Source: Podarcis filfolensis
Taxonomy: Eukaryota
DNA: 64,000 nt
Direction: 5' to 3' (one strand)
Assembly: GCA_964270895.1 (NCBI GenBank)
Contig: OZ185440.1
Made by a program: the position numbers and the translations under genes. Position 1 is the first letter of the stretch. Every line of letters starts with the position of its first letter. Shown here in pieces: positions 63,582 to 64,000 of this stretch. Under the pieces are notes generated by a model that had not been told where the DNA came from, did no database searches, and saw only the letters and a program-made list of their open reading frames with translations.

Positions 63582-64000
63582 GCACGCAAACCAAACAACC
63601 ATCCCAGTCCTTGAGTTGATGCAAGGAATTACCACTGTAGAAGAAATAGCAGTGAAAGCAGAACCAACTGAAATGTGAATAGGGCAGATTCATTTTCTGC
63701 AGAAACTTGCTGCTTTGGAGGACCATAAAAATGCAACTGCAGGAATTCCTCTTGCAGACTTCACATGTGCCTACCAGGAAAAACAGTGGCAGAGATACTT
63801 TCCTCTGGATACTCAGGATATGGTATATTGCCTCTATGAACAATGGTATGGGAAAAGCAAACAGTAGCTGTAGCAGTCTCAGAGGTGGAAGCGCATGAAT
63901 GACCTTAATTTTGCAGAGAGCATGATATTGATTGCATCTCGATCAGGAACTCGGCAACAGGAGCCATGCTTTGTATAAATCTATAAAACATAGCCACAGA

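Noticed and set aside
50500-64000. LRP8 or any other gene downstream of the carrier, including ORFs 54093-54455, 59505-59954 and 61465-61848
   Set aside because: No LDL-receptor repeats or other recognisable domains and no consistent exon chain; ORF lengths are compatible with chance.

Overview
Eukaryotic (vertebrate) genomic DNA, almost certainly from a squamate and probably a lacertid lizard (full-length Sauria SINE plus typical squamate CR1/L2/L1/RTE/Penelope/MITE repeats). Gene order read from the sequence: the last two coding exons of GLIS1 (+, 2611-2778 and 7877-8016); about 20 kb of repeat-rich intergenic DNA; a three-coding-exon DMRT2-type gene assigned by synteny to dmrt2b (-, 32212->28644); a four-exon DMRTB1/DMRT6 (-, 43904->36052); an intact intronless SLC25A3-like mitochondrial phosphate carrier (+, ORF 48168-49544); then about 14 kb with no gene I can support. 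This matches my recollection of the human GLIS1-DMRTB1-SLC25A3P1-LRP8 block, except that dmrt2b is present and the carrier ORF is intact. Best observations: (1) a young 136-bp hAT MITE with an 8-bp target-site duplication sits in-frame inside the last coding exon of dmrt2b and adds 48 amino acids; (2) a Penelope-type 99-bp inverted repeat in a GLIS1 intron carries back-to-back minimal hammerhead ribozyme motifs; (3) the intact carrier retrogene lies head-to-head with DMRTB1. Exon boundaries were derived by hand from splice signals and phase; homology statements rely on remembered reference sequences, and no database search was run.
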